Source of the DNA: Candidatus Marinacidobacterales bacterium
Lineage (GTDB): Bacteria; Acidobacteriota; Vicinamibacteria; Marinacidobacterales; SMYC01
Assembly (NCBI GenBank): GCA_965237955.1
Contig: OZ250169.1
Location: 192,001 to 256,000, forward strand
Length of the DNA stretch: 64,000 bases
Direction of reading: 5' to 3'
How positions within the stretch are numbered: position 1 is the stretch's first letter; the number at the start of each line of letters is the position of its first letter. The notes beneath the pieces were generated by a model that was given only the letters and a program-made list of their open reading frames with translations, did not search any database and had not been told where the DNA came from. The position numbers were made by a program, and so were the translations under genes. Shown here one piece after another: positions 9,203 through 20,673 of this stretch.

Positions 9203-11151
9203 TAGTCCTCCTGCCAAAAGGAGAAGGCCTGTTTCTTTGCGAAGCTGACAAATGCTTCCGCAATTTGGTCAAGGTCGTGATCAACTACCATGTGACCGTG
9301 CATATCAAGTACTGGTCTCCCGTCAGAATCCAATTCGTAAACGTACTCTCCTGAGTTGTCCTTGCCGCCGTTCTGGCTGACGGCAAAGAAGATTGAGTAA
9401 TCGTCTACCTTCGGACAGAGCGGCCCGGCCTTGCGGTCATCGTTCCATTTTTGCAGGAACAAAATGCTCGTCTTAGTGCCAGTGTGGGGCTTAAACGTGT
9501 TGCCGTGTAGGCTTACGACGGAGAGAATGCGGGTATTTTTTGCAATGAATCGGCGAATATATTCATCTGTAGTGTTGTTGTATCGCCCCTGGGGAAGCAC
9601 AATGCACATGCGCCCACCGGGACGCAAAAATTCAAGGTTGCGCTCTATGAAAAGAATATCGCGGCCCATCTTGCTCTGCCATTTGCCCTTGCCCTTTTGA
9701 GCAAGGTCGAACTGGTGGAGGATTCGCGTGTCCTTAATATCCCCCGCGAATGGTGGATTTGTCATTAGAACGTCAAAGGTGAAGTACCGATAGTTTTTCT
9801 GATTAAAATCATCCCTCGTAGGGTCTTTTGGAAAGCGGCGCATACGGTCGCGCAAGCCTACCCGCACTTCATCAGGCCATTGGCGTGGCTCCAGGGTGTT
9901 ACCACGGTAAACATTGGTTCGCCCATCTCCAGCGATGAGGTTAAGAGCCTTTGCGATCTTCACCGAGCGCGAATCAAAGTCCATTCCATATACGTTTGAA
10001 GATGCGTACTCGCTTTGCCATTTTTTCGGACCTTCGGCGGTAAATTCATTACCCCAAACCCAAAACATTGAGTGGACGCTGAACCCGCACGAACCCGCTG
10101 CTGTGTCGATCATGTACTCTTCGATTTTGGGATTGAGCATTTTCACGCACATGTCTATGACATGGCGGGGTGTAAAGTACTGTCCCTTGCTTCCTTTACC
10201 GACTTGAACTGCAAGGTATTCAAAGGCTTCATCAATGATTTGTAGGTTCGCGTTGAAGAGCTTGATGTCTTCGAGGAAAGAACCGCAGGTGACCAGATGC
10301 GGGGGCGAGAGTTCGATTTTTTCATCCGTATAGAAGACTCCGGGCCATTGGTCCTTAGCTTTTTGAAACAAACCGTTGATGCGTTCATAGAATTCCTTGG
10401 CTGTCGAGCCGCCTATTCGGAATTCCAGGTATCGTTTTTTCCCGGGACGCGAGGCTGACCACTCGTCAAACAGCTTTGCGTAAATGAGCTTGAATACTTC
10501 TTCAAAAGCGTCTACTCCGGCATTGGCAAGGACAAGGTCCTCCATGTCGAGGATGATAGACTTGAGGCTCAGACGCTCTTTGACGAGCCGGTTCTCGCGA
10601 GTCAAACGGTCAATATCCCAGCGTTCAGCAAGAAGATCCGAGAGCTTCTGGTCGGCCCGTGGTATGTCGGGAAGGCTTTTGAAAACGTTGGGCTCCTCCC
10701 GATGGAGGTAAACAATCTCCCTGCCGTTGCACCAAACGCCGATTGGGGAACCTTCGGCATTGCAATAAGACTTCAATTGTTCCAAGCCATCCCGCCGCTT
10801 TGGCTTTTTGACTTCAACTATGAAGAGAGCAGTGTCGAGGTCGTCCTGATCGCAGACGAAAATGTCCGCCCGCTTCTCTGCTATGGTTGAACCAAAATAA
10901 ACTGGCCTTTCTACAAAAATGCGCTCCTTGGGGTATTTGTAATCACGTATCAACCTTTGAAGGAAAAGTTGCCGCACTACCTCCTCGGGCTTAGCATGCC
11001 GGTTTTTCTCCGTGACGAGGCAACGCAGATAAGGCAAACCTCTTTTCTCGACAACTTCCAGTTGTTCGATTTCATTTTTCCGAAAAAGGGTCAGCGAATA
11101 ATTTTTTGCCGCCGCTTGTAGTATTTCAACGATGTTTTGCTTCAATGCCAT
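9202..11151 (-). CDS. Fused restriction endonuclease (HsdR-N-like PD-(D/E)XK) and N6-adenine DNA methyltransferase (type IIB/IIG-like RM subunit)
   Basis: KPEEVVRQ..RADIFV..IVEVKK nuclease motif; GQYFTPRHV, DTAAGSCGF (motif I), NPPF (motif IV); 649 aa. Confidence 0.88.
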   Translation of the reverse strand: MALKQNIVEILQAAAKNYSLTLFRKNEIEQLEVVEKRGLPYLRCLVTEKNRHAKPEEVVRQLFLQRLIRDYKYPKERIFVERPVYFGSTIAEKRADIFVCDQDDLDTALFIVEVKKPKRRDGLEQLKSYCNAEGSPIGVWCNGREIVYLHREEPNVFKSLPDIPRADQKLSDLLAERWDIDRLTRENRLVKERLSLKSIILDMEDLVLANAGVDAFEEVFKLIYAKLFDEWSASRPGKKRYLEFRIGGSTAKEFYERINGLFQKAKDQWPGVFYTDEKIELSPPHLVTCGSFLEDIKLFNANLQIIDEAFEYLAVQVGKGSKGQYFTPRHVIDMCVKMLNPKIEEYMIDTAAGSCGFSVHSMFWVWGNEFTAEGPKKWQSEYASSNVYGMDFDSRSVKIAKALNLIAGDGRTNVYRGNTLEPRQWPDEVRVGLRDRMRRFPKDPTRDDFNQKNYRYFTFDVLMTNPPFAGDIKDTRILHQFDLAQKGKGKWQSKMGRDILFIERNLEFLRPGGRMCIVLPQGRYNNTTDEYIRRFIAKNTRILSVVSLHGNTFKPHTGTKTSILFLQKWNDDRKAGPLCPKVDDYSIFFAVSQNGGKDNSGEYVYELDSDGRPVLDMHGHMVVDHDLDQIAEAFVSFAKKQAFSFWQED

Positions 11152-11295
11152 TCCTCGCTTGTAAGGCTTTGCGATTTGTCAGCGGTAAAGGCCAATCAGG
11201 CTTGCGTTGATGAGCCATAATCGAGGGAAGGTCGGAGCCACCCATAAAGGCAGGATTTCCAGTTTGGCCCTGTACGGCCGCAGTATACACCCACG

Positions 11296-12726
11296 CCGTC
11301 CTGTGCTAAAACTCGGCCCTTTTGAAATAGACCATAAATCAGCAGCTTAGTGTCTGTGTTTGCGACCGGGCCAAGGGCCGTAGGCTTTACAATCGTCTTG
11401 GGCGGGCGGGTCGTCACCATGCAGATGACCACCTAGTCAAGAGCGAATATCGAAGCGTGTTCCTGAAGCTGTTTCCACGCTACGCCGGTCGAGCCCGCCG
11501 AGGGGCTACCGTCGCCGGCGACCATCTACGCGGCACGGCAGTAGTAGTTGAGAATGCCCCCGAGTCGCTCTCGCGACACGATGGGGCCAGTGTCATTCGC
11601 GCTTGCCGGCAGAGGTGTGAGGAGCTCGTTGCCGAGACCTTGGTGGTTCCGTTCTGTGTGATAGTGCACTACGTATTCGGTTACCGCTGTGCGCAGGTGT
11701 CGCTCACTGAGAGGTACGAAGCGGTCGAGACACTCTCGACGTATGGAGAGAACGAATCTTTCCGCGTATGCGTTCAGATTCGGACTATTGGCGGGAAGGC
11801 GCAGGGGCTTCACGCCTGAATCTCTCAACAGCCCACGTACCGCCTCGGTGAATAGCGGGTCCCGGTCGTGGATGAGGTACCGCTTGCCAAGGAGGAAACC
11901 ATCCCACATGTCCGTGAGGTTTCTGACCACCTGCCTCATCCACTCCCCGTTTGGGTCCGAGGTTATCCCACCGATGCACACGCAGCGAGTGGCGATATCG
12001 ATGACAAACAGGAGATGGTAGCGGACGAGCCCGAACGGGTTCACCACCTCGACGGTGAACAGGTCGGTCGCAGCGATAGCGCCCCAATGAGCCTTGATGA
12101 AGGTGCTCCACGACATGCTCTTGCCCCGCTCCGGGGCAGGCGCGATACCGTGCTCGGCGAGGAGCCTCTTGATGGTGTTGCGTCCGAGTTCATGTCCGAG
12201 GTTCTTGAGTACGCCCCGCAGGCGCGTATATCCCCACGTCGGGTTCTCCTGCGCCATGCGTACAATGAGCTCACGGATGTCCTTCGCCGTCGGAGGTCGG
12301 CCTGGGCTCCGGTTCTTGCTGCCATCGTACTTGGCTGCGATGAGGCAGCGGTACCAGCGCAGAAGCGTAGCGGGTGTGGCAACGGACGCAATCTGGGCCA
12401 GCGCCTCGCGGCCCAAGGCCTGGGCCTTGACGGCGAGCCTGCGCCGGTCGTCGTCAGAGAGCCTGAGACGCTTGCCCCGAAGCCCGGCTCGGAGCACACG
12501 GTTCTCCTCTCGCAGGTAGTCGATCACTTCCTGCTGCTGGCGGTTGACCCAGCCAGCCAGAACGAGCAGTAGGAATTGCACGTGGTACGTCATGATGGAA
12601 CTGAAGATAACACCCTCGGGCCAGACGATTGTAGAGCCCACGGCCCTTGGCCCGGTCGCAAAACACAGACGCTAAGCTGCTGATTTATCGGCTATTTCAA
12701 GAGGGCCGAGTTTTGGCACAGGACGG
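11296..12726 (-). mobile_element. Integrase-core-domain (DDE) IS-like element with about 104-bp imperfect terminal inverted repeats; transposase 11526-12593
   Basis: TIRs CCGTCCTGTGCYAAAACTCGGCCC...TACAATCGTCT at 11296-11399 and 12623-12726; [36 protein letters not shown] motifs. Confidence 0.88.
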
Positions 12727-12847
12727 GGTCCGTCCCATCGTCGGTGCGCTCAGAGGGCTCTTCCGGCCGTCGCTCGTCGGACAAGCTGATCGAACGAACG
12801 GTCCAGCATCTCACGGCACGACCGACCGATCAGCGACAGGTACTCGT

Positions 12848-14112
12848 TGGCCCTGCCCGGGTTTTGTGGACACCTACCGAGAGGCGCGACAATGCGCCGG
12901 GAGGCGTCCATGGAAAAACGGAAGAGACGAAAGTTCACGAAGGAATTCAAGAAGGAGGCGGTCCGCCTGTGCAAGCAGGGGGACCGGCGCATCGGTCAGG
13001 TAGCGAAGGAATTGGACCTGACAGAATCGGCGCTTCGCAACTGGGTAAAGCAATACGATGTTGACCGCGGCGCGGGGCGGAGTGGGGCGTTAACGACAGC
13101 GGAACAAGAGGAACTGCGTACGCTGCGTCGTCGAGTGCGGACGTTGGAGCAGGAGCGAGAAATCCTAAAAAAAGCGACGGCCTTCTTCGCGAAGGAAAGC
13201 AAATGAGATTCGAGTTCATCAACGCGGAGAAGGCCAACTATCCGGTGCGCGTGATGTGCCGAGTGTTGCAGGTGTCGCGGAGCGGCTACTACGCGCACAT
13301 CGACCGGGCGCCGAGTCACCGTCACAGTGAGGACGCGAAGTTAAAGCCTCACATCCAAGCGGCCCACACGAAAAGCCGCGGCACGTACGGCAGATTGCGT
13401 GTGGTCAAGGAACTGGTCCAACAAGGCCTCGAGGTCGGCAAGCATCGAGTGGCTCGGTTGATGCGCGAAATCGGCCTACGGGGCGTGCCGCAAAGGCGCT
13501 TCCGCAAGACGACCAACAGCCAACACGACAAGCCGGTGGCACCGAACGTGTTGGCTCGTCGTTTCGAGGCCGAGCGGCCCAACCAGTTCTGGACGACGGA
13601 CATCACCTACATTCGGACCTGGGAGGGGTGGCTGTACCTAGCCGTAGTTCTCGACCTGTTTTCGCGCCGCGTCGTCGGCTGGGGGATGCGGTCGCACCTC
13701 AGGACTGAGCTCGCACTCGAAGCGCTCTATATGGCTTTGGGACGACGTGTGCCCGGAGCTGGTCTGCTTCATCACTCTGATCGCGGTGTCCAGTACGCGG
13801 CCGAGAGTTATCAGGACGTACTCGACGACCACGGTATCATCTGTTCTATGAGCCGTCGCGGAGACTGCTGGGACAACGCCGTCACCGAGAGTTTTTTCGG
13901 TACGCTCAAGACCGAACTCGTATACCGTCATCCCTGGCCAACACGGCGCCATGCCAAGAATGCAATCGCTGATTACATTGAAGCCTTTTACAACCCGTAC
14001 CGACTCCACTCAGCGCTCGATTACCTCAGCCCAATGGAGTTCGAACGGCTTCACGCTCTTAACTCTGCCAATGCAAGCTAATCAACCCGTCCACTTTTCC
14101 CGGGCAAGGTCA
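12848..14112 (+). mobile_element. Complete IS3-family element (orfA 12910-13206, orfB 13203-14081)
   Basis: TG...CA ends with IRs TGGCCCTGCCCGGG / CCCGGGCAAGGTCA; 3-bp target duplication CGT; A7G slippery site at 13167-13174; DITY, HSDRG, CWDNAVTE DDE motifs. Confidence 0.95.
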
Positions 14113-14182
14113 CGTGCGTCCAGTCCGATGAAAACGCCTTGTCGCTCAGGGCTTCCAAGAGAGCGTTGCCCGCTGGCGAATC

Positions 14183-16229
14183 CCGTCCTGTGCCAAAACT
14201 CGGCCCTTTTGAAATAGGCCATAAATCAGCAACTTAGTGTCTGTGTTTTGCGACCGGGCCAAGGGCCGTGGGCTTTACAATCGTCTTGGGCGGGCGGGTC
14301 GTCACCATGCAGATGACCACCTAGTCGAGAGCGAATATCGAAGCATGTTCCTGAAGCTGTTTCCACGCTACGCCGGTCGAGCCCGCCGAGGGGCTACCGT
14401 CGCCGGCGACAATCTACGCGGCACGGCAGTAGTAGTTGAGAATGCCCCCAAGTCGCTCTCGCGACACGATGAGGCCAGTGTCATTCGCGCTTGCCGGCAG
14501 AGGTGTGAGGAGCTCGTTGCCGAGACCTTGGTGGTTCCGTTCTGTGTGTGATAGTGCACTACGTATTCGTTTACCGCTGTGCGCAGGTGTCGCTCACTGA
14601 GAGGTACGAAGCGGTCGAGACACTCTCGACGTATGGAGAGAACGAATTTTTCCGCATATGCGTTCAGATTCGGACTATTGGCGGGAAGGCGGAGGGGCTT
14701 CACGCCTGAATCTCTCAACAGCCCACGTACCGCCTCGGTGAATAGTGGGTCTCGGTCGTGGATGAGGTATCGCTTGCCAAGGAGGAAACCATCCCACTGC
14801 GTATTCCGGGGCATCGTGAACGCAGATTCCAGCCGAAGGTGAACATCCATTCCAAAGCATCGTGAACACGGATTCCGGGGATCGTGAACATCGATTCCGG
14901 GGAAGGTGAACACGGATTCCAGGCAACGTGAACGCCGGTTCCGGCATCGCGAACGCTCATCGATAGCACGTTTCAAGGCAACTCTAGGTCGTACCCGGAA
15001 GGAGGACGATCTAGGAAATGGCAGCTAAGAGGTTATCGATGAGAAAAATACGAGAGGTTCTAAGGTTAAAGTACGAGCTGGGTTTTACTCACCGCATGAT
15101 CGCAAAGGCACTTCGCGTGGCGGTTGGAACGGTGAGTGAGTACCTGGCCAAGGCGAAGAAGGGTGGTCTGAGCTGGCCGCTCCCGGAGGAGCTGAGCGAC
15201 GGGGAGCTGGAGGCAGGGCTGTTTCCGCCGCCGGGCTCGTCTGGCGCACGGCCGGGTCTGGACTATGCCCACATCCACGAGGAGCTGAGGCGTCACCGAG
15301 AGCTGAGGTCACCCAACACTTCATCGCTTCGATGAGCGTTCGGCTTCACCGGATTCGCTGTTCAGCTTGCTCTGGATTCGGCGTTCACGATGGCTGGAAT
15401 ACGCACCCACATGTCAGTGAGGTTTCTTGCCACCTGCTTCATCCACTCCCCGTTGGGGTCCGACGTTATCCCACCGATGCACACGCAGCGAGTGGCGATA
15501 TCGATGACAAACAGGACATGGTAGCGGACGAGCCCGAACGGGTTCACCACCTCGACGGTGAACAGGTCTGTCGCAGCGATGGCGCCCCAATGAGCCTTGA
15601 TGAAGGTGCTCCACGACATGCTCTTGACCCGCTCCGGCGCAGGAGCGATACCTTGGTTGGCGAGGACCCTCTTGATGGTGTTGCGTCCGAGTTCATGTCC
15701 GAGGTTCTTGAGTACGCCCCGCAGGCGCGTATATCCCCACGTCGGGTTCTCCCGCGCCATGCGTACCATGAGCTCACGGATGTCCTTCGCCGTGGGAGGT
15801 CTGCCTGGGCTCCGGTTCTTGCTGCCATCGTACTTGGCTGCGATGAGGCAGCGGTACCAGCGTAGAAGCGTAGCGGGCGTGGCAACCGACGCAATCTGGG
15901 CCAGCGCCTCGCGGCCCAAGGCCTGGGCCTTGACGGCGAGCCTGCGCCGGTCGTCGTCCGAGAGCCTGAGACGCTTGCCCCGAAGCCCGGCTCGGAGCAC
16001 ACGGTTCTCCTCTCGCAGGTAGTCGATCACATCCTGCTGCTGGCGGTTGACCCAGCCAGCCAGAACGAGCAGTAGGAATTGCACGTGGTACGTCATGATG
16101 GAACTGAAGATAACACCCTCGGGCCAGACGATTGTAGAGCCCACGGCCCTTGGCCCGGTCGCAAAACACAGACGCTAAGCTGTTGATTTATCGGCTATTT
16201 CAAGAGGGCCGAGTTTTGGCACAGGACGG
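14183..16229 (-). mobile_element. Second copy of the long-TIR integrase-core element, disrupted by a mini-IS21
   Basis: Near-identical to 11296-12726 with a 608-bp insert and an extra TG in the 3' part. Confidence 0.9.
14798..15405 (+). mobile_element. Non-autonomous IS21-family derivative carrying only the 5' part of istA (15018-about 15300)
   Basis: Ends TGCGTATTCC / GGAATACGCA; 5-bp target duplication CCCAC; multiple sub-terminal GTGAAC repeats; [17 protein letters not shown]. Confidence 0.88.
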
Positions 16230-16853
16230 GAACAGACCGTCGTGCATCTCATCCGACAGCATGTGGATGCCACGACTTTCTCGGCCTCGTTGATCCACAC
16301 TCCGACGATGCAAGAGCTTGCCTCGGTGCGTCGCTTTTTAGACGGGCTGTGTTCCGGTAGTAATGATGATAGTGCCTCGGCAGCCCCCTTGCTCCGTCTT
16401 ATCCGGCGGGTCGACATCAGCCCCGGCTCTGTGTCCATCCTGCTCGACCGCAATGCGTTCGCTGCTTGCCTCTCTATGGGACCCGAACGCATTCGCGAGG
16501 ATGCACTCCGCATCCTCGCACCGTTCCGCTTACGTCGACGCGGCGTCGAGACCAAGCTCGTTCTGGGCAACCCCACGAAATCCGTCGACCGCACACTCCT
16601 GCGCAATATCAGAAACGCCCTCTCCTGGCTCGACCGAATCAAAGCAGGCAAAACCTATGAGCAGATTGCCACCGAACACGCCATCCCAACGGACCGCGTG
16701 CGCAAGGCAATCCGTTATGCCTTCCTGGCACCCGACATCGTCCGCGCCATTGTCGAAGGCCGCCAGCCCGTTGGGCTGACCTCGAGCTACCTCTTGCATC
16801 ATCCGCTTCCCGACGATTGGGAGAAACAGCGAGTGCTCGTCAAAACGCTGTGA
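16230..16853 (+). pseudogene. C-terminal fragment of a large serine recombinase (paralog of 43857-45528)
   Basis: Near-identical to about 44896-45528; similarity extends downstream to about 17170 versus 45850. Confidence 0.85.
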
Positions 16854-17462
16854 GCCTGCCAGCGCCCACTTCGTGAATGGGCTCGGTTAGCAGCAAGCTG
16901 CTCTCCGACACTGGCCTCCACCAATCAGCCTCAAACTGGCCCAAATTCCCTGTCATGGTTTCCAGACTCGGATAGCTCCTTGTACTGGACCGTCTGCGGA
17001 GTCATCTTCGTTTCCTCCGTAAAACTCCGCTGGATGAATTCGAGGTTTGGCCAATTCGAATTCCGCCATTCGCCTTCTCCTCAGGCGCGATCTAGGCGTT
17101 AAGCGTCTTCTCATTGTCTGCACGATTAAGCGCAAAAACGTCCCGATAAGCCCCAAAATCGCCCCAAATTGCACGCTAAGGGCCTGTTTTGCTCTCTTTC
17201 TGATCGTTTTCAGCCTAGAACCAGAAGCTCCAGTCGCCCCCACTCGAGCCTCCCGACTGCGATAGCCGGAAAGATGTTCCCGTCGACGAATATTCGCTGA
17301 TGAGACGTAAAGCTTTTTATAACAATGAGTAACGGCCGGCGGTGGCGCCGGAGGGTTCACGACACGACCTTCTTTCAGGCGTCCAGGAAGTTGAAATTGC
17401 CGTATAGAAAAGATGATTAAAGCCAATTAAAATTCCGGCTCGAACGACCACCCGTCGATGAT

Positions 17463-17580
17463 GCGTGCAGGGACCAGCACGTGACGGAGGCCGTTAAATC
17501 ACTGTAGGGGAAGAGGATGGAACGAAATGGGCAGCATGGTTGAAACCCGAGAGGGCGTAAAACAGCCTTCTCCCAAAACC
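17463..17580 (+). ncRNA. Candidate structured non-coding RNA, family not recognised
   Basis: Consecutive hairpins CGTGC/GCACG and GTGA..ACGG/CCGT..TCAC; long stem GGGGAAGAGG / CCTTCTCCC enclosing GAAA-CCC-GAGA-GGG-CGTA (GNRA loop and loop-E-like motif). Confidence 0.35.
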
Positions 17581-17685
17581 TGTGTACGCGTCAGAAAAGT
17601 CAATAAATGCGCGAAACTCGAAACCTCCTAAATCTCCACTTATTTTTCTCTTTGAGGATTTCCGCCAAAAGCTGGACCGCCTTTT

Positions 17686-18135
17686 GCCGAGACCGGCTAG
17701 CTCCAAACTGCACCATCCGCCACCCAGTCTGACCAATTGTGGCACTGCAGAGACGGGTGCGATTTTCCGCGCGGTTGGCGGGGTTTTCCAGGATTAGGTG
17801 GCACCAGAGACGCGCTAGAAGGGCTGAACGGGCCTCATTTTCGGATTTGGTCTCTAATCTCGAATTCCGAGGGACAAGTTTGCGCCAAATAAGGGAGTAG
17901 GCGCTGACCGGGCCATGCGGGCGGCGGAAAAAGGGGCCACCCGAGAGGCCCAGAATCAAGGACGGGGCTACCGCAGCGTAGCTGGCCTAGCAAGTTCTGG
18001 TCCAGTTGCGGCCCGGGCCTCCTTTATGTCCATCTTTGCCCAGGACCGGGATCCAGGTCTTCGCCCAGGGAGCGGGGCATCCCGTTTCTGGACGGTGTTT
18101 CCCTGCGCGTACGGGGAACCCCGAATCGCCGGCCC
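17686..18135 (+). repeat. Non-coding repeat, also at about 47566-47985 and partially at 26401-26590
   Basis: Shared blocks CCGAGACCGG..CACCATCCGCCACCCAGTCTG..CAGAGACG..GGCCTCATTTTCGG..TCTCTAATCTCGA..GTTTGCGCCAAA. Confidence 0.8.
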
Positions 18136-18636
18136 GCAACTTCACCCTCCGGCCAGAAGCAGCCGACCATGGCAGGTCTAAAACGTGCAATCAACGCTGG
18201 ATCGACTTTTTGCGGAGCACAGCCGGCCAGCGGCGGAAAAGAGGTCGCCCGTGCGCCTCTATCGGAGTTGTGCACCAAAGCAGCCTTTGGGCAGGTCCGG
18301 ATAGCAGTAGTTCTTTCGTGCTCCGGGCCATCCAGCGGAGTTCCCTAGAGGAGACGAGGATCACTCGTCAGACGGTCAAGTACAAGGGCGGCAAAGTGGT
18401 GAATGGTAAGCTCAAGGATAGACAAATCTTGTATGCCGAGATGGTTACAGAGACTCGTCCGCCCACAATCAAGGGTTCGATGTGCTGCTCGCGCGGCGGT
18501 TCCCGAAGAAGTGGGGGCGTTCTCTCGCAGTCTTGGTACAATAATGTTACGCACACTAAGACCAGTCTCTGGTAGAAGATCTGCGCGAAATGGCTTCAAG
18601 TCTGCGGAACGCCTGGTAGTAAGCCTGGAGAAGAGA

Positions 18637-18890
18637 ATGAATTTCTACACAGTCCAATTCGAAATCGCCGGTCCGACCGCCATGTGGACTCGGCCTGATA
18701 CTGGTGATGCGCCAGTTAGCTATCCAGTGCCAACGTTTTCAGCGGCCAAGGGGATGTTCGAATTTATCTGCTGGCTCAAGTCAGCGAACGTCGTGCCCGT
18801 TAAGGTTGAAATCTGTGCACCACTTGTGTTCCACACGTACTCGACAAACTACGGAGGACCTCTGCGCAAGAGCAAGATAATGGGGAAAGG
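18637..18890 (+). pseudogene. cas5: Orphan Cas5 (type I-C/Cas5d-like N-terminus), truncated by an IS3 end
   Basis: MNFYTVQFEIAGPTAMWTRPDTGDAPVSYPVPTFSAAKGMFEFICW matches the Cas5 RAMP N-terminal signature. Confidence 0.75.
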
Positions 18891-18960
18891 TGAACCGCCC
18901 CGGGTTTTCCGGAGACTGTTTTAGTTGAGTCTCGCCATCTCTAGCGAGCCTTCCTTGACA
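18891..18960 (-). mobile_element. IS3-family (IS629/IS51-like) right-end remnant
   Basis: TGAACCGCCCCGGGTTTTCCGGAGAC terminus. Confidence 0.65.
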
Positions 18961-19019
18961 CACCACTGGCACCCGGCGCCGGCCGCCCGCTCCGGTCTCA
19001 GCCATCAGCGTAGCCTCGC

Positions 19020-19667
19020 TCACTCAGTCCTTGGACAGCGTTCGTAATCGGGTTCACCGGAATCGGCGGGACTGATGGACTGAGAAAGCGTCCAGTAGTC
19101 GTCGCGAGGTTCACCGTAGCGGTGCATGACCCCAGCTTGGGTCCAGTGGGGTCGGTGAGCCACGTCGCAGTACTCCATGCGAACCCAGACAAACAACACG
19201 TGCGTCCCATTGACGTACCGAGCTTGGCGGTTCAGGCGAAACTGGACGTCATGGAAGCGCTCTTCGGTTCCAGGCACGACCACGTGTTCTAGGTCACTGG
19301 TCTCCCACTCGGATTCTGAGGGTTCTGGTGGTTCCAGCTCGGCACTATCGCGAAGCAACATGGGCGTGTGGTGCAAGAATCGAACGTTGGTGGCCGGTGT
19401 TTTCCCTGTATTCGCAACAAACAGCCGGATTCGGCCGTAGTCACCCTGCATAGGCTCTCTGTCTTCCCACGATCCATCGGTTCCGCGGCGGGCGGCCAAG
19501 GTAATCTCCCTGTAACCCAACCACGCCCGCTGTTCCAACCGCACGGCATCACGAGCATCCTCGGCTGCGTCAGCGCTTCGGCCGGCGTCGTACCGACTCC
19601 AGGCCGCGACGATTAGCGCGAGAATGCTGACCACGACGGGTACGTTAAATCCGCGTTTCTGCCTCAT
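19020..19667 (-). CDS. Hypothetical protein with an N-terminal membrane anchor
   Basis: 215 aa; hydrophobic VPVVVSILALIVAAW, then LEQRAWLG..NTGKTPATNV beta-rich domain; AAGGA RBS. Confidence 0.65.
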   Translation of the reverse strand: MRQKRGFNVPVVVSILALIVAAWSRYDAGRSADAAEDARDAVRLEQRAWLGYREITLAARRGTDGSWEDREPMQGDYGRIRLFVANTGKTPATNVRFLHHTPMLLRDSAELEPPEPSESEWETSDLEHVVVPGTEERFHDVQFRLNRQARYVNGTHVLFVWVRMEYCDVAHRPHWTQAGVMHRYGEPRDDYWTLSQSISPADSGEPDYERCPRTE

Positions 19668-19823
19668 CTGTTCCTTTTCCGCCCCGCTTCCGGTACGGTC
19701 CGTGCGGTTTCGCCTTCGAGTCGCGTTCTTCGACCAGTCCGACCAATCACTCCACGTTATGTACCTGATTCTTCAACCCGGCCGCAAGCGGTGGCCCTCG
19801 ACTCCGTGCGCGCGACGTTCGTC

Positions 19824-19915
19824 TGCGCATTCCGGTGAAATCGATCGCCCGTTCTGGTGGCAAGTCGATCACCTGTTCCGGCGCAAATCGATCACCTGTC
19901 AGAGCGAAGCGACAC
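19824..19915. mobile_element. Isolated IS21-family end
   Basis: TGCGCATTCCGG followed by three (A/G)TCGATC-containing sub-terminal repeats. Confidence 0.6.
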
Positions 19916-20673
19916 GGGACGCAATCATGAGTTTCGGTTCTCCGTTCGCGCCGTCGGCCGGAACCCGGTGCGTCTGGCTGCGGCGGACGGGATGCTAGTG
20001 GTGTGTCCCAGAAACGGCTTTACGTCGCCAGCCTGTAGCCGACGAGACACGCGAACCCCACGGTTTCCGGGAGGATTCGGGGCCGCAGTGTTTGGGGGCA
20101 CCGCGAAAGTCGAACTGTAAACTCCTTCTAGTGACACACCACTAGATGCCCGGGCAACTCATCACCACCGGCCGTTGGCTCACCCTGAGGATGTGGAACT
20201 TTGGACATACGCCGCTTTATCGGCCATTGCCTCCTCAAAACGGTTCCGTGGGTTCACCGGTGCTTCCGCCATCAAATGTTGGTGAGATGACGCTAAGACT
20301 TTACGGTGCATTAAATTACAGCCAAAATAGCGTTCGTGACCTTCGCGGTGCGCTAAATGGAGCGTAAGCGCCTCTTTTGCAACGGGATGCGTACATATTA
20401 CCAACAGTCAACAGCGCAAGCACCGGTTAGCGATTTGCTCCGGGCCGTCCAACAACGCCCCAGCATATGGTCGCCGGGCGACGGTAGCCCCTCGGCGGGC
20501 TGGACCGGCGTAGCGTGGAAACACCTTCAGGAACATGCTTCGATATTCGCTCTCGACTAGGTGGTCATCTGCATGGTGACGACCCGTCCGCCCAAGACGA
20601 TTGTAGAGCCTCCAGCCCTTGGCCCAGTCGCAAACACAGACACTAAGCTGTTGATTTTTCGGCTATTTCAAAA

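Noticed and set aside
14798-14960. Regularly spaced GTGAAC..GATTCC repeats resembling a CRISPR array
   Set aside because: Short, degenerate units with no unique spacers, lying inside an IS21 end; these are transposase-binding repeats
18403-18636. N-terminal extension making Cas5 a fusion protein
   Set aside because: Cas5 similarity starts at ATG 18637, which has its own GGAG RBS
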